A DNA stretch of 64,000 nt from an uncultured Planctomycetota bacterium. Its GTDB lineage: Bacteria > Planctomycetota > Planctomycetia > Isosphaerales > Isosphaeraceae. The position numbers were made by a program, and so were the translations under genes. Shown in pieces: positions 33,191 through 43,617 of the stretch. How positions within the stretch are numbered: the stretch's first letter is position 1; each line of letters opens with the position of its first letter. Under the pieces are notes generated by a model that made no database searches, was not told where the DNA came from, and worked only from the letters and a program-made list of their open reading frames with translations. The stretch covers positions 704,001-768,000 of the forward strand of contig CAWGMQ010000008.1 of the NCBI GenBank assembly GCA_963823665.1, written 5' to 3'.

Positions 33191-33978
33191 CCAGCCCTCT
33201 TGTCGCCTTCAGTTGCCTGGCAAGGCTGTTGTCTCACGGCAAACCATCGCGCTAATCGGGGGCGGATGAGATAAAGGACGCTACAACCCAGGAGCGCCGC
33301 AGCCGCTGGCCCAGCGAGCAGCACGTACAAAAGGTGATCGTTCCACCGCGGCCACGCCGCGGTGAAATTTGACGGCAAGTCCACAGCCAGCGTAATGACC
33401 AGATTCACGGCCGCCAATCCCAGGCCGATTCCGGCCATCAGTCCGGTATGGAATCGATGTTTGATGGCATCGTAAACCGCCGCGGCGCCGATCGCGGCGG
33501 GCACGAGGCTTTCGAGCGCGAAAAATCCGACGAAGAAGGCGTAATCCGCGGCTTGCGGAACCGGGATCCCACCGTCTCCGATCGCAAGGTTATTCAATCG
33601 CCAGAGGGGATAAGTCGCCCAGGGGTACGACCCCGCCACGGCGATGACCAGCAGTGAAGACACGACGAAATCCGACAGCTTCTGACCGAAAATGATGAGG
33701 GCCGCAGCGGCCGAAACGCACGCGACTCCGGCAAGTTTCAACGTGGCCCAGTAAACCTCATCGGCCAGGATGCCGTCGACGCTCAGTTCAAGGTCGGAGA
33801 CCCGGCTGACCAGGTCGGCAATGACCCGGGAGGCGCACACGACCAGGAGCAATTCTCCAGGCCGGCAGATACCCCCGAAGCGTGCCCGCCGATACAGCAT
33901 GAGCGGAATCAGGGCCAGGCTTGCCTTGCCGACCGCCTCTTCAAAAAACTGCAGGATGATGATCCACCGAGGCCACAT
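33187..33978 (-). CDS. Polytopic hypothetical membrane protein
   Basis: Multiple TM segments; stop overlaps the kinase start; true start uncertain. Confidence 0.55.
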   Translation of the reverse strand: MWPRWIIILQFFEEAVGKASLALIPLMLYRRARFGGICRPGELLLVVCASRVIADLVSRVSDLELSVDGILADEVYWATLKLAGVACVSAAAALIIFGQKLSDFVVSSLLVIAVAGSYPWATYPLWRLNNLAIGDGGIPVPQAADYAFFVGFFALESLVPAAIGAAAVYDAIKHRFHTGLMAGIGLGLAAVNLVITLAVDLPSNFTAAWPRWNDHLLYVLLAGPAAAALLGCSVLYLIRPRLARWFAVRQQPCQATEGDKRAG

Positions 33979-34160
33979 TCCTGCTCGAGATTCCGCGTGC
34001 CAGACTCCGCACCGCCCGTCGATTTGCCTCTCGATGCCTCGCCCTGTAGACTGGTTGTCTGAATGACCGGGATGCACCCCACCATGTTGACTGAACCGAT
34101 CCTCCGCAGCCTTCCCCTCACGGCGGCACGATTCCGCTTGCCCCAACCGGAGACTTCTTC

Positions 34161-35114
34161 ATGCCGGGAGTTTTGACCGGACTGATCCCCGCCTGCCATA
34201 CGCCCTTCGATCGGGCCGGTAACCTGAACCTCTCCATCGTCGAACAGCAAGCGGCTCTGTTCCGAGAATCAAGGCTGCGCAGCGTGTTCGTCGGCGGCAC
34301 GACGGGCGAGTTCGCCTCGCTCACCATCAGCGAGCGGAAAGCCCTCTGCGAGCGCTGGGTGGCCGTCGCCGGCGACTCGCTCCAGATCGCCCTCCACGTC
34401 GGGTCCAACTGCCAGGCCGATTCCATCGAGCTGGCCGCCCACGCGCGGGAGACGGGTGTCGCGGCCGTGGCAGCCGTCGCGCCGAGTTACTTCAAACCCG
34501 CGACCGTTCCCGACCTGGTCGACTTCCTCGCTCCGATCGCCGCCCAAGCAGGCCCGCTTCCGTTCTATTACTATCACATCCCGTGCATGACCACCGTCCG
34601 CCTGCCCGTCGCAGAGCTCCTGCGCGAAGCACGCGGGCGAATCCCCAACCTTCGAGGTTTGAAGTTCTCACATGACGACATGGTCGACCTTCAGGGCTGC
34701 ATCACGGCCGAGGGAGGAGCCTACGACGTCCTGTTCGGCTTCGACGAGGCGCTCCTGGCCGGGCTGAGCTTCGGAGTAGCCGGCGCCGTCGGCGGCACAT
34801 ACAACTTCGCCGCCCCCCTCTACGAGCGGATCATGCGTGCGTTTGAAAAAGGCGACCTGACCACCGCCCGATCCGCCCAGTTCCGGGCGACGGAGATGAT
34901 CAAGGTCTTGAGCGCATCTGGCTTCACGGCAGCGTCGAAAGCGGTGATGGCGTTCATCGGCGTGGACTGTGGCCCGGTGCGCGCACCACTACACAATCTG
35001 TCACGCGAACAGCTTTGCTCGCTTTACGACAAGCTCGCGCCCTCGAGGCGTTCGCGCGACCGATCAAAGCACCGTTTCATCCTTGCGATTGACACTCCGG
35101 GGCAAACAGCCTAA
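34161..35114 (+). CDS. DHDPS-family aldolase, N-acetylneuraminate lyase-like; probable C-terminal frameshift near 35040 (alternative stop about 35092)
   Basis: GGTTGEF, YYYHIP, GLKFS (Schiff-base Lys), GFDE, GAVGGTYN. Confidence 0.88.
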   Translation: MPGVLTGLIPACHTPFDRAGNLNLSIVEQQAALFRESRLRSVFVGGTTGEFASLTISERKALCERWVAVAGDSLQIALHVGSNCQADSIELAAHARETGVAAVAAVAPSYFKPATVPDLVDFLAPIAAQAGPLPFYYYHIPCMTTVRLPVAELLREARGRIPNLRGLKFSHDDMVDLQGCITAEGGAYDVLFGFDEALLAGLSFGVAGAVGGTYNFAAPLYERIMRAFEKGDLTTARSAQFRATEMIKVLSASGFTAASKAVMAFIGVDCGPVRAPLHNLSREQLCSLYDKLAPSRRSRDRSKHRFILAIDTPGQTA

Positions 35115-35191
35115 CCTACCCGCCTCTCAGCGGCCATCTCGTGAGGTCGAGCTGGGATATCGCAGGTGATCCGGGCAGGGAGGACCCATTT

Positions 35192-36148
35192 GTGCGAAAT
35201 CCGCGTCGTGGCCTGTGTTCCTGTCTTCTGACCGCGCTTTTCGTGCTGTGCTCGAATCCCCCGGCGGCGCTGGCTGATCCGATTTCGGGATACACTGTCA
35301 CAAATCTTGGCTCGGGGCCGATCACGCTCACGACCAGCAATGGCACCACCGTTCCCGTCAATTTCTCTGGGCCTTTCTACGGTTACTACGGGGGCTCGCT
35401 GACGAGTGTAACGAGCGGGGCACCCGTCGTATCCGTGTCGAACGGAAACGCATCCTATTCGTTCGCATTCACGCCGGACACGCCTCTTGCCCCGAATCAG
35501 GGAGTCATGAGTGGTTTTCCGCTGGCAAACGCTGCGCCGACTAATGATCCGCTCACCTACGGCAACCCTATAAACGCATTCAGTTACGTGCCCGGCACGT
35601 CCCTGATGAATAGCCAGGGATTGGTCGCGGCAGCCGATACATATGGTACCTCCGGCCACTGGGTGGCGGGAACTGCGTACACAGTCCAGGAAAACGCCAG
35701 CGCGTCGTTTGGCGCACCGACTCCGATCTGGTCGGGAACCACTCAAGTCAACGGGGGCGAGTCGCTCAGCACCGGTGTGAGTATCGTGGGGATCAACAAT
35801 TTGGGCCAGGTACTGGGCACAACGAGCAACCCTTACGGTAACAACCCGCCGGCCGCGGTTGTTTATAACCCAACCACGCAAACGCTCACTAACTTGACGA
35901 ATGTCACCGACTCCGCCGGAAACTCGTACCTGAACGCCGTGCCCTATGCAATCGACGATCAAGGCAGAATCTTGCTTCAAGCTTCTGAGTGGCCCACCGG
36001 TGCGCTGGACACCTTACTCTTGACTCCGGCGGGTCAGTCCGTCTCCGAAGCACCCGTTCCCGAGCCGGGATCGATCGCCGTGATGGTGCTGGCGATGGCG
36101 GCCTTTGCCGCACAACGCGCTGCCGAGCGACGTCGCCGGCGAAATTGA
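35192..36148 (+). CDS. PEP-CTERM sorting domain surface protein
   Basis: Signal peptide, Ser/Thr/Gly-rich body, GINNLGQVLG repeat-like motif, VPEPGS + TM + RRRRR. Confidence 0.88.
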   Translation: MRNPRRGLCSCLLTALFVLCSNPPAALADPISGYTVTNLGSGPITLTTSNGTTVPVNFSGPFYGYYGGSLTSVTSGAPVVSVSNGNASYSFAFTPDTPLAPNQGVMSGFPLANAAPTNDPLTYGNPINAFSYVPGTSLMNSQGLVAAADTYGTSGHWVAGTAYTVQENASASFGAPTPIWSGTTQVNGGESLSTGVSIVGINNLGQVLGTTSNPYGNNPPAAVVYNPTTQTLTNLTNVTDSAGNSYLNAVPYAIDDQGRILLQASEWPTGALDTLLLTPAGQSVSEAPVPEPGSIAVMVLAMAAFAAQRAAERRRRRN

Positions 36149-36168
36149 TCGACATGGTCGCGAACTTG

Positions 36169-36594
36169 CTAGAGCCTCCAGTCTTCCGTGACCAGACCGG
36201 GAACTTTGGCGAAGTCGCTCGTATTTCGGGTAACGACCACCAAGCCTCGGGACAGCGCAATCGAAGCGATCCGCAGGTCCATTGTCGGTATCCTTATTCT
36301 TCGCGCCCGTTGGCTATCGAACTCCAGAGCGGCTGCCGTGTCAAATGGTAAAACGGGTGCGGTCGAGAATACCTCGATGATTTCTCCGATAAGCTTGTAG
36401 CCGCGGACCACGTCGCTGGGATTGCGAGCACGGCCGATAAAGCTGTGAGCGCCCAGCATCTGTTCGTGAAAGCTGATTACGCAGAATCCCAAGTCAGCCG
36501 CTCGCTGAGCGACGCGCGTGCTAACCGCGGCATACTCCGGTCCCGAACGAAGCTGGATGATACTGATGTGATCGGTGTCAAGCCGGAACTTCAC
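36169..36594 (-). CDS. vapC: PIN-domain (VapC-type) toxin
   Basis: LDTDHIS, ISFHEQ, MDLRIASIAL, VTRN..DF..VPGL..EDW. Confidence 0.9.
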   Translation of the reverse strand: MKFRLDTDHISIIQLRSGPEYAAVSTRVAQRAADLGFCVISFHEQMLGAHSFIGRARNPSDVVRGYKLIGEIIEVFSTAPVLPFDTAAALEFDSQRARRIRIPTMDLRIASIALSRGLVVVTRNTSDFAKVPGLVTEDWRL

Positions 36595-36818
36595 GGCCCA
36601 TCGTCGCCTTCGTCTTGGGGCCGGTCCGCCAATCGCCATGCGCGGCCGAGCTCAAGTACGTCGCGGAAAGCCGCTTCGTCGGTTACAGATCCTGTGACCT
36701 TCTGCAACCAATCTGCAGAAGTAGCGGTGCCGGTCAGCAGGGATTTGAGTTCCGCGACCTCACGCTCTACGCTCGCCAAGCGCTGCTCGATCGATAACTG
36801 ACAGGAATTAACTTCCAT
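36591..36818 (-). CDS. Putative antitoxin
   Basis: 75 aa with GTGA overlap to vapC; IEQRLASVEREVAELK...W...GS..D..AF..V pattern. Confidence 0.75.
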   Translation of the reverse strand: MEVNSCQLSIEQRLASVEREVAELKSLLTGTATSADWLQKVTGSVTDEAAFRDVLELGRAWRLADRPQDEGDDGP

Positions 36819-36915
36819 CCTGCTACACCCCTTTTTCAGCCACTCTAACTTACTGAATGTACTGGCCTTCTATCATTCTAGCCCGACGACTCGCGCCGAT
36901 CCAGGACCGCAGCGG

Positions 36916-38481
36916 CTACTCCCTAAACGGCTTCTGCTCCTGGTACAGTTTCAGCCGCGCCTGATATTCGCCCTTCTCCTTCGCGTCGGTCTCCAGCTCG
37001 ATCGCCTTGGTCTGCCACTTCACGGCCAAACCGAAATCGCCGGTCTCGGCGTAGGCGGCGGCCAGGGTCTCAATGCAATACGCCGCCTTCCACCGAGTCA
37101 GCTCACACGCCTCGATCGCCAGCTCGACGGCCTTCTTGCCGTCGCGAAGTGACACGTCGCGACAGGTGGCCGCGATCCACGCGCGCCCGTCGATCGCACA
37201 GGCATCGCGCGCGTTGACCCGCAAGGCACTGCTGAAGTCGGCGAGCGCCGGAGCGTATTGATGCATCTCGCGCCAGGCCCAGCCGCGTCCGCAATAGGCG
37301 TCGGCGTCCTTGGCGTCGAGCCGGATCGCCTCGGTGTAGTCGGCAATCGCCTTCTCGTGTTGCTTGGCGGCTTTGTAGGCAAAGGCGCGGCTGCAATAAC
37401 ACGAGGCCACCGAAGGCGCGAGCCGGATCACCTGGGAATAATCGGCAATGGCCTTGTCATACTGCTTGAGCTCGCCCCAGAGAGAGGCGCGGTCGTGGTA
37501 CGCGCCCGTGCTGCGCGGATCCAGCCGGATGGCTTCCGTCAGATCGGCGATCGCCCGGTCGTATTGCTGCTTATGCTTCCACCCCGCGGCGCGCACGACA
37601 TAAGTGTCGGGCAACTGCGGCTCGATCCGGATGAGCTGATCGAGCCCCTTGATCACGGCGTCGTACTCGCCTTTCTCACCCTGAGCAGCCGCCCGCCCGA
37701 GATAGGCATGCAAGAGATTCGGATCGTGACGGATCACTTCGTCGTAGTCGGCAATGGCGCCGTCATACTCCTTGCGCTCCGAGCGGATCGAGGCCCGCAG
37801 AACGAGAGCCGTCACCGACCGCGGGTCAAGGCGTAACGCGGCGTCGCAGTCGCCGATGGCCTTTTCATAATTGCGCTCGGCTCGCCAGGCGGCCGCGCGG
37901 TCGATCAAGTACGCCGGGTTCCGCGGCTCGAGCCGGATCGCCTCGTTGAAATCAGCCTTGGCCCTGGACACGTCTTCCTGTGCCAGCCATGCCACGCCCC
38001 GGCTGCCGCGCGCAAAAGCATCGCCGGGGTTCAAGCGCACCGCCGCGTCAAAGTCGGCCATTGCGTTCTTGAAGTCCGGCTTCATCGCCAGTGCCGCGAT
38101 CGCCCGCATCGCATAGGCGAACGAATCGCGAGGATTGGCCCGGATCTGACCCGTGAAGAAGGCCGGAGCCTGCTCGAGCAGGACGAACTGGTCATCCGCC
38201 ACCCATCCCGCCAGCCCATTCGTCGTGATGAGCAGTGATCGGCCGCTCTCCTGTGCCACGTGATAGATCGCCGGCGGTCCAGGACGCGGGGCGGATTGTG
38301 CGTTTTCCCTGATCGTGAAATTTCGCACCTTGGACACGACGGCTTTGCCCACCAAGCTGTCGCCGGGCGGGGCCTGCGCGGCCGCAACGGCCGTGGCCAT
38401 GTGCATCAAGCCCGCAATAACCAGAGCGAGCGGAAAACTCCCACTCGGCATCGCGTTCGCGTTCCTTCGATCCCGTCGCAT
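36916..38481 (-). CDS. Exported TPR repeat protein
   Basis: Many YDxAIADYxxAIRLDP repeats; C-terminal ACELT.WK...LAAAYAE.GDF. Confidence 0.9.
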   Translation of the reverse strand: MRRDRRNANAMPSGSFPLALVIAGLMHMATAVAAAQAPPGDSLVGKAVVSKVRNFTIRENAQSAPRPGPPAIYHVAQESGRSLLITTNGLAGWVADDQFVLLEQAPAFFTGQIRANPRDSFAYAMRAIAALAMKPDFKNAMADFDAAVRLNPGDAFARGSRGVAWLAQEDVSRAKADFNEAIRLEPRNPAYLIDRAAAWRAERNYEKAIGDCDAALRLDPRSVTALVLRASIRSERKEYDGAIADYDEVIRHDPNLLHAYLGRAAAQGEKGEYDAVIKGLDQLIRIEPQLPDTYVVRAAGWKHKQQYDRAIADLTEAIRLDPRSTGAYHDRASLWGELKQYDKAIADYSQVIRLAPSVASCYCSRAFAYKAAKQHEKAIADYTEAIRLDAKDADAYCGRGWAWREMHQYAPALADFSSALRVNARDACAIDGRAWIAATCRDVSLRDGKKAVELAIEACELTRWKAAYCIETLAAAYAETGDFGLAVKWQTKAIELETDAKEKGEYQARLKLYQEQKPFRE

Positions 38482-38512
38482 CGCCGAACCTCCGTTGTCG
38501 AACCACAGCCTA

Positions 38513-40423
38513 TCAGGGCTTCTTCTCGGCCTCGGCCGCGCCTCGATAATTGCTGATATATTGCTCATAAATCGCCTTGTCTGATGCTGGAACGAGCTCG
38601 AGAACCTTGGTTGTCCACTTCAAGGCAGCGGCGTAATCGCCCGTGCTCGCGTACACAGCCCCGAGATCGAAAAGATATCCGTGGTTCGTCCAGCCCGTTT
38701 CCTCACAGAACTTCGTTGCCAGGGCGATCACCGTTTTGGAATCACGCTTCTTGGCATCTTGATAGGTCGCAATGCGACCCAGGAGGCTGTGACAGAGCAT
38801 CTCGGCCTGCGCGTTTTCTTTCCAGATATTCGAATCGCAGAGCGCTGCAGCGAACTCGATGACTTTCTTGGGTTCGACGCAATCACTCTGCCAGAGAATC
38901 ACACCGAGCGCCAGGCGCGCCGACTGGTTTTGCGGCTCAATTTGAAGCGCGTGCTCATAATCTTTGATCGCCTCGGCCGATTGTCCGTTGGTGCTCCGGC
39001 ACAAAGCCCGGTTCGAAAGCACCATCGCGTTCCGGGGATCGAGCTTGAGCGCCTCGTTGTACTCGTCGATCGCCCGGGATATCTCGGATTTTCCCGACCA
39101 CGCGACCCCGCGGCTGTTGTGCGCAGCCGAGCTAAGTGGATCAAGCCGGATGGCCTGGCTCAAATCGGCGATCGCCGCGTCGTACTGATTCAGCCTGTTC
39201 CTGGCCCAGCCGCGCGTTCGATAGGCCACGGCGTCCTCGGGCGCCAGACGAATCGCCTCAGTCGCGTCAGCAAGTGCGTTCTCGTAATCACGCCGTTCAA
39301 TCCAGCAGCGGGCGCGGCCCCGATAAGCAAGATCGTTCCGCTTGTCGAGCCGTATGGCCTCACTGTATTCCGGGATCGCCTTGTCGTAATTTTCTCGCGC
39401 CAGCCACAAATCACCCAGTGCTCGACGAGCGTCGCTCTCGCGCGGATCGAGGCGAATCGACTGTTCCAGGTCGGCAAGCGCTTTGTCGTACTCTTTCTTC
39501 TCAAAGAGCGCCAGTCCTCGACTCCGATAAGCCGATCCCGATTTCGCATTGAGCTTGATGGCTTCTTCGAAGTCGGCGATGGCCTTCGTGTAATCCTTCC
39601 TCGCCAGATAGGCGTCACCTCGGGCTTCGAATGCACTGCCCGCCCGTGGCTCGAGCTTGATCGCGCGATCGTGATCGGCGATCGCCTCATCGTACTTCTT
39701 CAGACCGGCATACGCCCGCCCACGTTCCGTGTGCGCCGCGGCGAGATGCGGCTCGCGCCGGATCGCTTCACTGAAATCGGCGATCGCTTTCTCGTAATCC
39801 CGCTTTCCAAGCCATGCTTGTCCGCGCAGCTTGTAAGCGCCCGCAGCTCGCGGCTCGAGGCGAATCGTTTCGGTCAAGTCGCCAAGCGCCTTTTCATACT
39901 CCCGCCGTCGCAGCCAGATCTGACCGCGGACACTATGGGCCAGGTAATCATCGGCCGCAATGCGAACTGCCTCATCGGCGTCACCCAGGGCAATGTCGAG
40001 CTCGCCTTGGTCAAGCCAGAGCAGTGCCCGCACGGAGTTTGCGAAGGGAACGTCGGTCAACTGCTCTCGCTGCTCGGTGAAGTGGTCGATGCCGCGCGAG
40101 ACCGCCACGACCTTGGACGCCTCGACCGTTCCCACGATGCAATCGTCTTCGGCCTTGAGCGTCAAGCTGGAATCCGCCACCGACTCGACACGATAGATGT
40201 GATTCTCCCAGCGCGTCCTCGCCACCTCGCGGCCGTCAGCGCGAAGCGCCGACTCGCGGCGACGCAGCACGACACGCTCTCCAACACCGGGGCTCGCGGC
40301 CCGCTCTCCGGCGGCCGAGGCCGGACTAGCCGGGTGCAACACAGCGAGCAAGGATGTCACTGCGATGAAGAGCCGGCCCCGGTGAAGTAATACCGTGAAC
40401 GTTGGTCGTGCGGTCCTTCGCAT
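38513..40423 (-). CDS. Exported TPR repeat protein
   Basis: About 11 TPRs; paralog of both neighbours. Confidence 0.9.
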   Translation of the reverse strand: MRRTARPTFTVLLHRGRLFIAVTSLLAVLHPASPASAAGERAASPGVGERVVLRRRESALRADGREVARTRWENHIYRVESVADSSLTLKAEDDCIVGTVEASKVVAVSRGIDHFTEQREQLTDVPFANSVRALLWLDQGELDIALGDADEAVRIAADDYLAHSVRGQIWLRRREYEKALGDLTETIRLEPRAAGAYKLRGQAWLGKRDYEKAIADFSEAIRREPHLAAAHTERGRAYAGLKKYDEAIADHDRAIKLEPRAGSAFEARGDAYLARKDYTKAIADFEEAIKLNAKSGSAYRSRGLALFEKKEYDKALADLEQSIRLDPRESDARRALGDLWLARENYDKAIPEYSEAIRLDKRNDLAYRGRARCWIERRDYENALADATEAIRLAPEDAVAYRTRGWARNRLNQYDAAIADLSQAIRLDPLSSAAHNSRGVAWSGKSEISRAIDEYNEALKLDPRNAMVLSNRALCRSTNGQSAEAIKDYEHALQIEPQNQSARLALGVILWQSDCVEPKKVIEFAAALCDSNIWKENAQAEMLCHSLLGRIATYQDAKKRDSKTVIALATKFCEETGWTNHGYLFDLGAVYASTGDYAAALKWTTKVLELVPASDKAIYEQYISNYRGAAEAEKKP

Positions 40424-40451
40424 GGTCCAATCTCCCATGTTGAAACGCCAC

Positions 40452-41846
40452 TCAAGACTTCTTCTTGGCAGCGGCCTCTTTACGAAAGTGCTCTACTGCC
40501 GATTCATACATCGACTTTAAGCTTTCTGGTCCGAGCTCAGCAGCCTTGGTCGCCCACTTCAGAGCGGGCGCGAAATCGCCCGCCTCACCGTAGGCAGTTG
40601 CAAGCTCATGCAGTGCGTAATGGTCTTTCCAGTTCGTTATCTCACACAGCGTGGTCGCTAGCGGAATGGCGGCTCTGTGCGTTAATGAGCTATCGTATGC
40701 ATAGATCCGGAGTCCAAGGTCGTGAATGAGCTGCGCGTCTGCGGGCCCCGGCTTCCAGTATTTTGAGCTGCACAAATCCATCGCATATTGAATGACTTTC
40801 TCTTGATCAACATTGCTAAAAAGGCGACTGAGAGCCTGGCCCAGCAACCGGCGAGCTTCGAGATCCTTGGGATCGATCTCGAGCGCCGCCTCGAAGTCGC
40901 GCATCGCTTTTTCACCCTCGGACTTGCTCAACCAGTTGCAGCCGCGGTTCCTGAGTGCGGCCACATTGCGACGGTCGAGTCGCAACGCCTGGTTGAACGA
41001 CGCGAGAGCCATGTCGAAGTCTTTCTTGCCCGCCCAGGCGAGCCCCCGATCGTTGCACGCAGCCACGTCCTGAGGATCGAGGCGCAACACCTGACTGAAA
41101 TCAGCGATCGCTTCGTCGTAACGATGGAGCTCCTTCCACGACGCACCGCGGGCGCGATAGGCGGCGACGTCCTCAGGCGCGAGCCGGATCGCGACATTCA
41201 GATCGGCGACAGCGTTCTCGAAATCGCCTCGCTCACTCCAGCACGATGCTCGGCCCCGGTAAGCGATCGCGTCTCGAGGATTGAGTCTGATCGCTTCATT
41301 GAAATCCTGGATCGCCCTGACATGTTCCCGCCTTCCAAGCCTGATCTGCCCGCGGGCGCTGTAGCCGCGAGAAGCTGTTGGAGCCAGCCGGACCGCTTCA
41401 TCGGCATCGGCAAGCGCGGTCTGAAACTCGCACCGGTCGAGCCGAAGCAGGGAGCGCATCAGAAAGGCGTATTCGTTCTTCGCGTCGGTCCCGATCAGCG
41501 TCGTAAAGTAATCAACACCCCGAGCAACCGGAACCACCGCCGAGGCAGGAACGAACCCCACGATCCAATCGCCTTCGGACCTGAGCTTCGCGGTGGCACC
41601 GTCCAACAATTCAATGCGGTAGAAATGGTTTTCCAAGCGACTTCGCGGTACGTCGCGGTCGTCCATGCCAAGGCCGACTTCGCCGCTTCGCAACACCGCT
41701 CGCTCACCCACGCGAATTGTCTCGGCCGGCTCTTGGCCCAGCGAATGCCGCGAGGCGAGAAACCCCACGCCTGAAACGAGCAGAACTGCGAAAATATAAA
41801 CGCAAGCCCGATCGCGCTTGGTCACGTTAGGCGACGCGCAAGTCAT
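40452..41846 (-). CDS. Exported TPR repeat protein
   Basis: AGGAGG RBS; TPRs; N-domain shared with the 40423 gene (ENH.YR.E). Confidence 0.9.
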   Translation of the reverse strand: MTCASPNVTKRDRACVYIFAVLLVSGVGFLASRHSLGQEPAETIRVGERAVLRSGEVGLGMDDRDVPRSRLENHFYRIELLDGATAKLRSEGDWIVGFVPASAVVPVARGVDYFTTLIGTDAKNEYAFLMRSLLRLDRCEFQTALADADEAVRLAPTASRGYSARGQIRLGRREHVRAIQDFNEAIRLNPRDAIAYRGRASCWSERGDFENAVADLNVAIRLAPEDVAAYRARGASWKELHRYDEAIADFSQVLRLDPQDVAACNDRGLAWAGKKDFDMALASFNQALRLDRRNVAALRNRGCNWLSKSEGEKAMRDFEAALEIDPKDLEARRLLGQALSRLFSNVDQEKVIQYAMDLCSSKYWKPGPADAQLIHDLGLRIYAYDSSLTHRAAIPLATTLCEITNWKDHYALHELATAYGEAGDFAPALKWATKAAELGPESLKSMYESAVEHFRKEAAAKKKS

Positions 41847-41980
41847 GGGCGGGTCCTCCTGGTTGACCGCAAACCGTCCTTCATCCTTGGAGCGAGCCGG
41901 GCGCCGATCATACTCCGGCTGCGAAAACGGGGCAAGATAAGCAGCCGAAGTAGGCCAGAACGCATGTGGTCGCCTGCACA

Positions 41981-43615
41981 CTATCGGTGCCGGTTCCATT
42001 CGATAGCGATCGCTGAGAGCGGAAAGCGCACGAGCGGCACGAAGCTCGCCGCGCCCACGAACAGCGATGGCTTTGAAATCAGGCTTGCCGGAGGCGCGAT
42101 CAGTAGCACGAGCGCGATGACCGCCACGGTGAAAGCCGCCCAGGTTGCGATGATCCGCCGGATTTGGGGCCATTCGATGAGCTTCCGGCGCATTGCGACG
42201 CGAAACGCGACTGCGGCGGCGCCCGCTTTCAACACGGCGACGAGCGCGACAAACCAGGGAGTCATCGCCATGATGCGCGGCAAGTACTCAGGATGCTGTG
42301 CTACCCATACACCCGCCGAAGCCAGGCACACGAGCAGCACCATGTAACCACACACCGCTGTGTCGGCCAGCCATCTCCGGCCCGTGAGCGCAAACGGCAT
42401 CCCATCGGTGAGCATGCGAAACATGAGCGCCGGAACCAGAACGCACGCCAGCACGCAGATCGCCGGCGCCCGCCCGCCAGGATAGTGAGATTCAAACCGG
42501 TGCCACACCGTGATCGCACCGGCGAAACTTCGCGAGAGCAACACGACCGCGGACGTTCCCATCAGCACAAAAATCCAGCTCGTTACGACGATCAGTAGCG
42601 CCAATCGCAGCTTCGCCGCGACCAGCGCCGCACTCGCGATCGGCCGCACCGTCATGAACGTGTTGAATCCGCGCTGCTCCACCCAGAACGGCCGAAGTCG
42701 CCCGATCATCGGACCCGCAGAGCCAATCACGGCAATCGGGGCGAAAAGCAGTAAACCAAGGATGAGTGGAAGAAGCGACGCGGTAATCGGCCTCCGGCCA
42801 GACAGGGCGATGCTCCAGATCATGAGCATCTCGAAAGCCAGGAAGCTCAGGACGACCCGGCCATGACAGTTCCATTCATACCAGAGCTGAGCCCGTGCGG
42901 CCGAACGGAAGGGGCGATAGGAAACCACTCGCTCCGCTCGGGCGGTGCTTCGTCCGACCCGTCCGCTTTCGTACCACAATTGCCACGAATCCCCGCGCCG
43001 CTGGGCCTTGAGCGCGGCAAACGCCAGCACATGCGCCACCGCAAGATACGCGAGCAGCACGGCGACAATAACGAAATGAGCCTCCTGTCCATCCCGCACC
43101 AAAAGCCAGATCGGCAAAGAACCAAATGCTATCGTCGCAAACGTCGCGATGAGCGCGCGAATCGCGCGCATGTTGAGCGGAAACCAGGCGATCGCCTGAA
43201 ACCACGAAACGATCACCACTAGCCCAAGCGCCGGCAGCCCGAGCGGAATCTCCATCCCGCTCGTGCGATAGACGATCTTCACGGTCACGAACAGGAGCGA
43301 CAATGCAATGAGCGAGCCAAAAAACATCGGCCAGAACACGAGCGACCAGCTCTTCAAGGGCATCACCAGCAGGTGCCGCGGATAGCTCGAGGCCAGACTG
43401 CCGGGCTCCTGCGCGAAAATCGTCGCATTGAGCACATACGTGAAAATGCCGATCAGTGGAATCGTGCTCGCGAGAAGCACAGCCGGCGCTCTGCTGTAGG
43501 CGAATAGCAGCGGATAGCAGAGGGCCATCACGGCGAGCCCCGCCGCACAGATCAGAAACCCGAACTGATGTCTAACCCAGATTCCGTAGCCGATTGCCAG
43601 TGCAGGAAAGTGCAT
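41981..43615 (-). CDS. Polytopic membrane protein, probable ABC exporter permease
   Basis: Many TM segments in two similar halves; immediately follows the ABC ATPase. Confidence 0.75.
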   Translation of the reverse strand: MHFPALAIGYGIWVRHQFGFLICAAGLAVMALCYPLLFAYSRAPAVLLASTIPLIGIFTYVLNATIFAQEPGSLASSYPRHLLVMPLKSWSLVFWPMFFGSLIALSLLFVTVKIVYRTSGMEIPLGLPALGLVVIVSWFQAIAWFPLNMRAIRALIATFATIAFGSLPIWLLVRDGQEAHFVIVAVLLAYLAVAHVLAFAALKAQRRGDSWQLWYESGRVGRSTARAERVVSYRPFRSAARAQLWYEWNCHGRVVLSFLAFEMLMIWSIALSGRRPITASLLPLILGLLLFAPIAVIGSAGPMIGRLRPFWVEQRGFNTFMTVRPIASAALVAAKLRLALLIVVTSWIFVLMGTSAVVLLSRSFAGAITVWHRFESHYPGGRAPAICVLACVLVPALMFRMLTDGMPFALTGRRWLADTAVCGYMVLLVCLASAGVWVAQHPEYLPRIMAMTPWFVALVAVLKAGAAAVAFRVAMRRKLIEWPQIRRIIATWAAFTVAVIALVLLIAPPASLISKPSLFVGAASFVPLVRFPLSAIAIEWNRHR

Positions 43616-43617
43616 CG

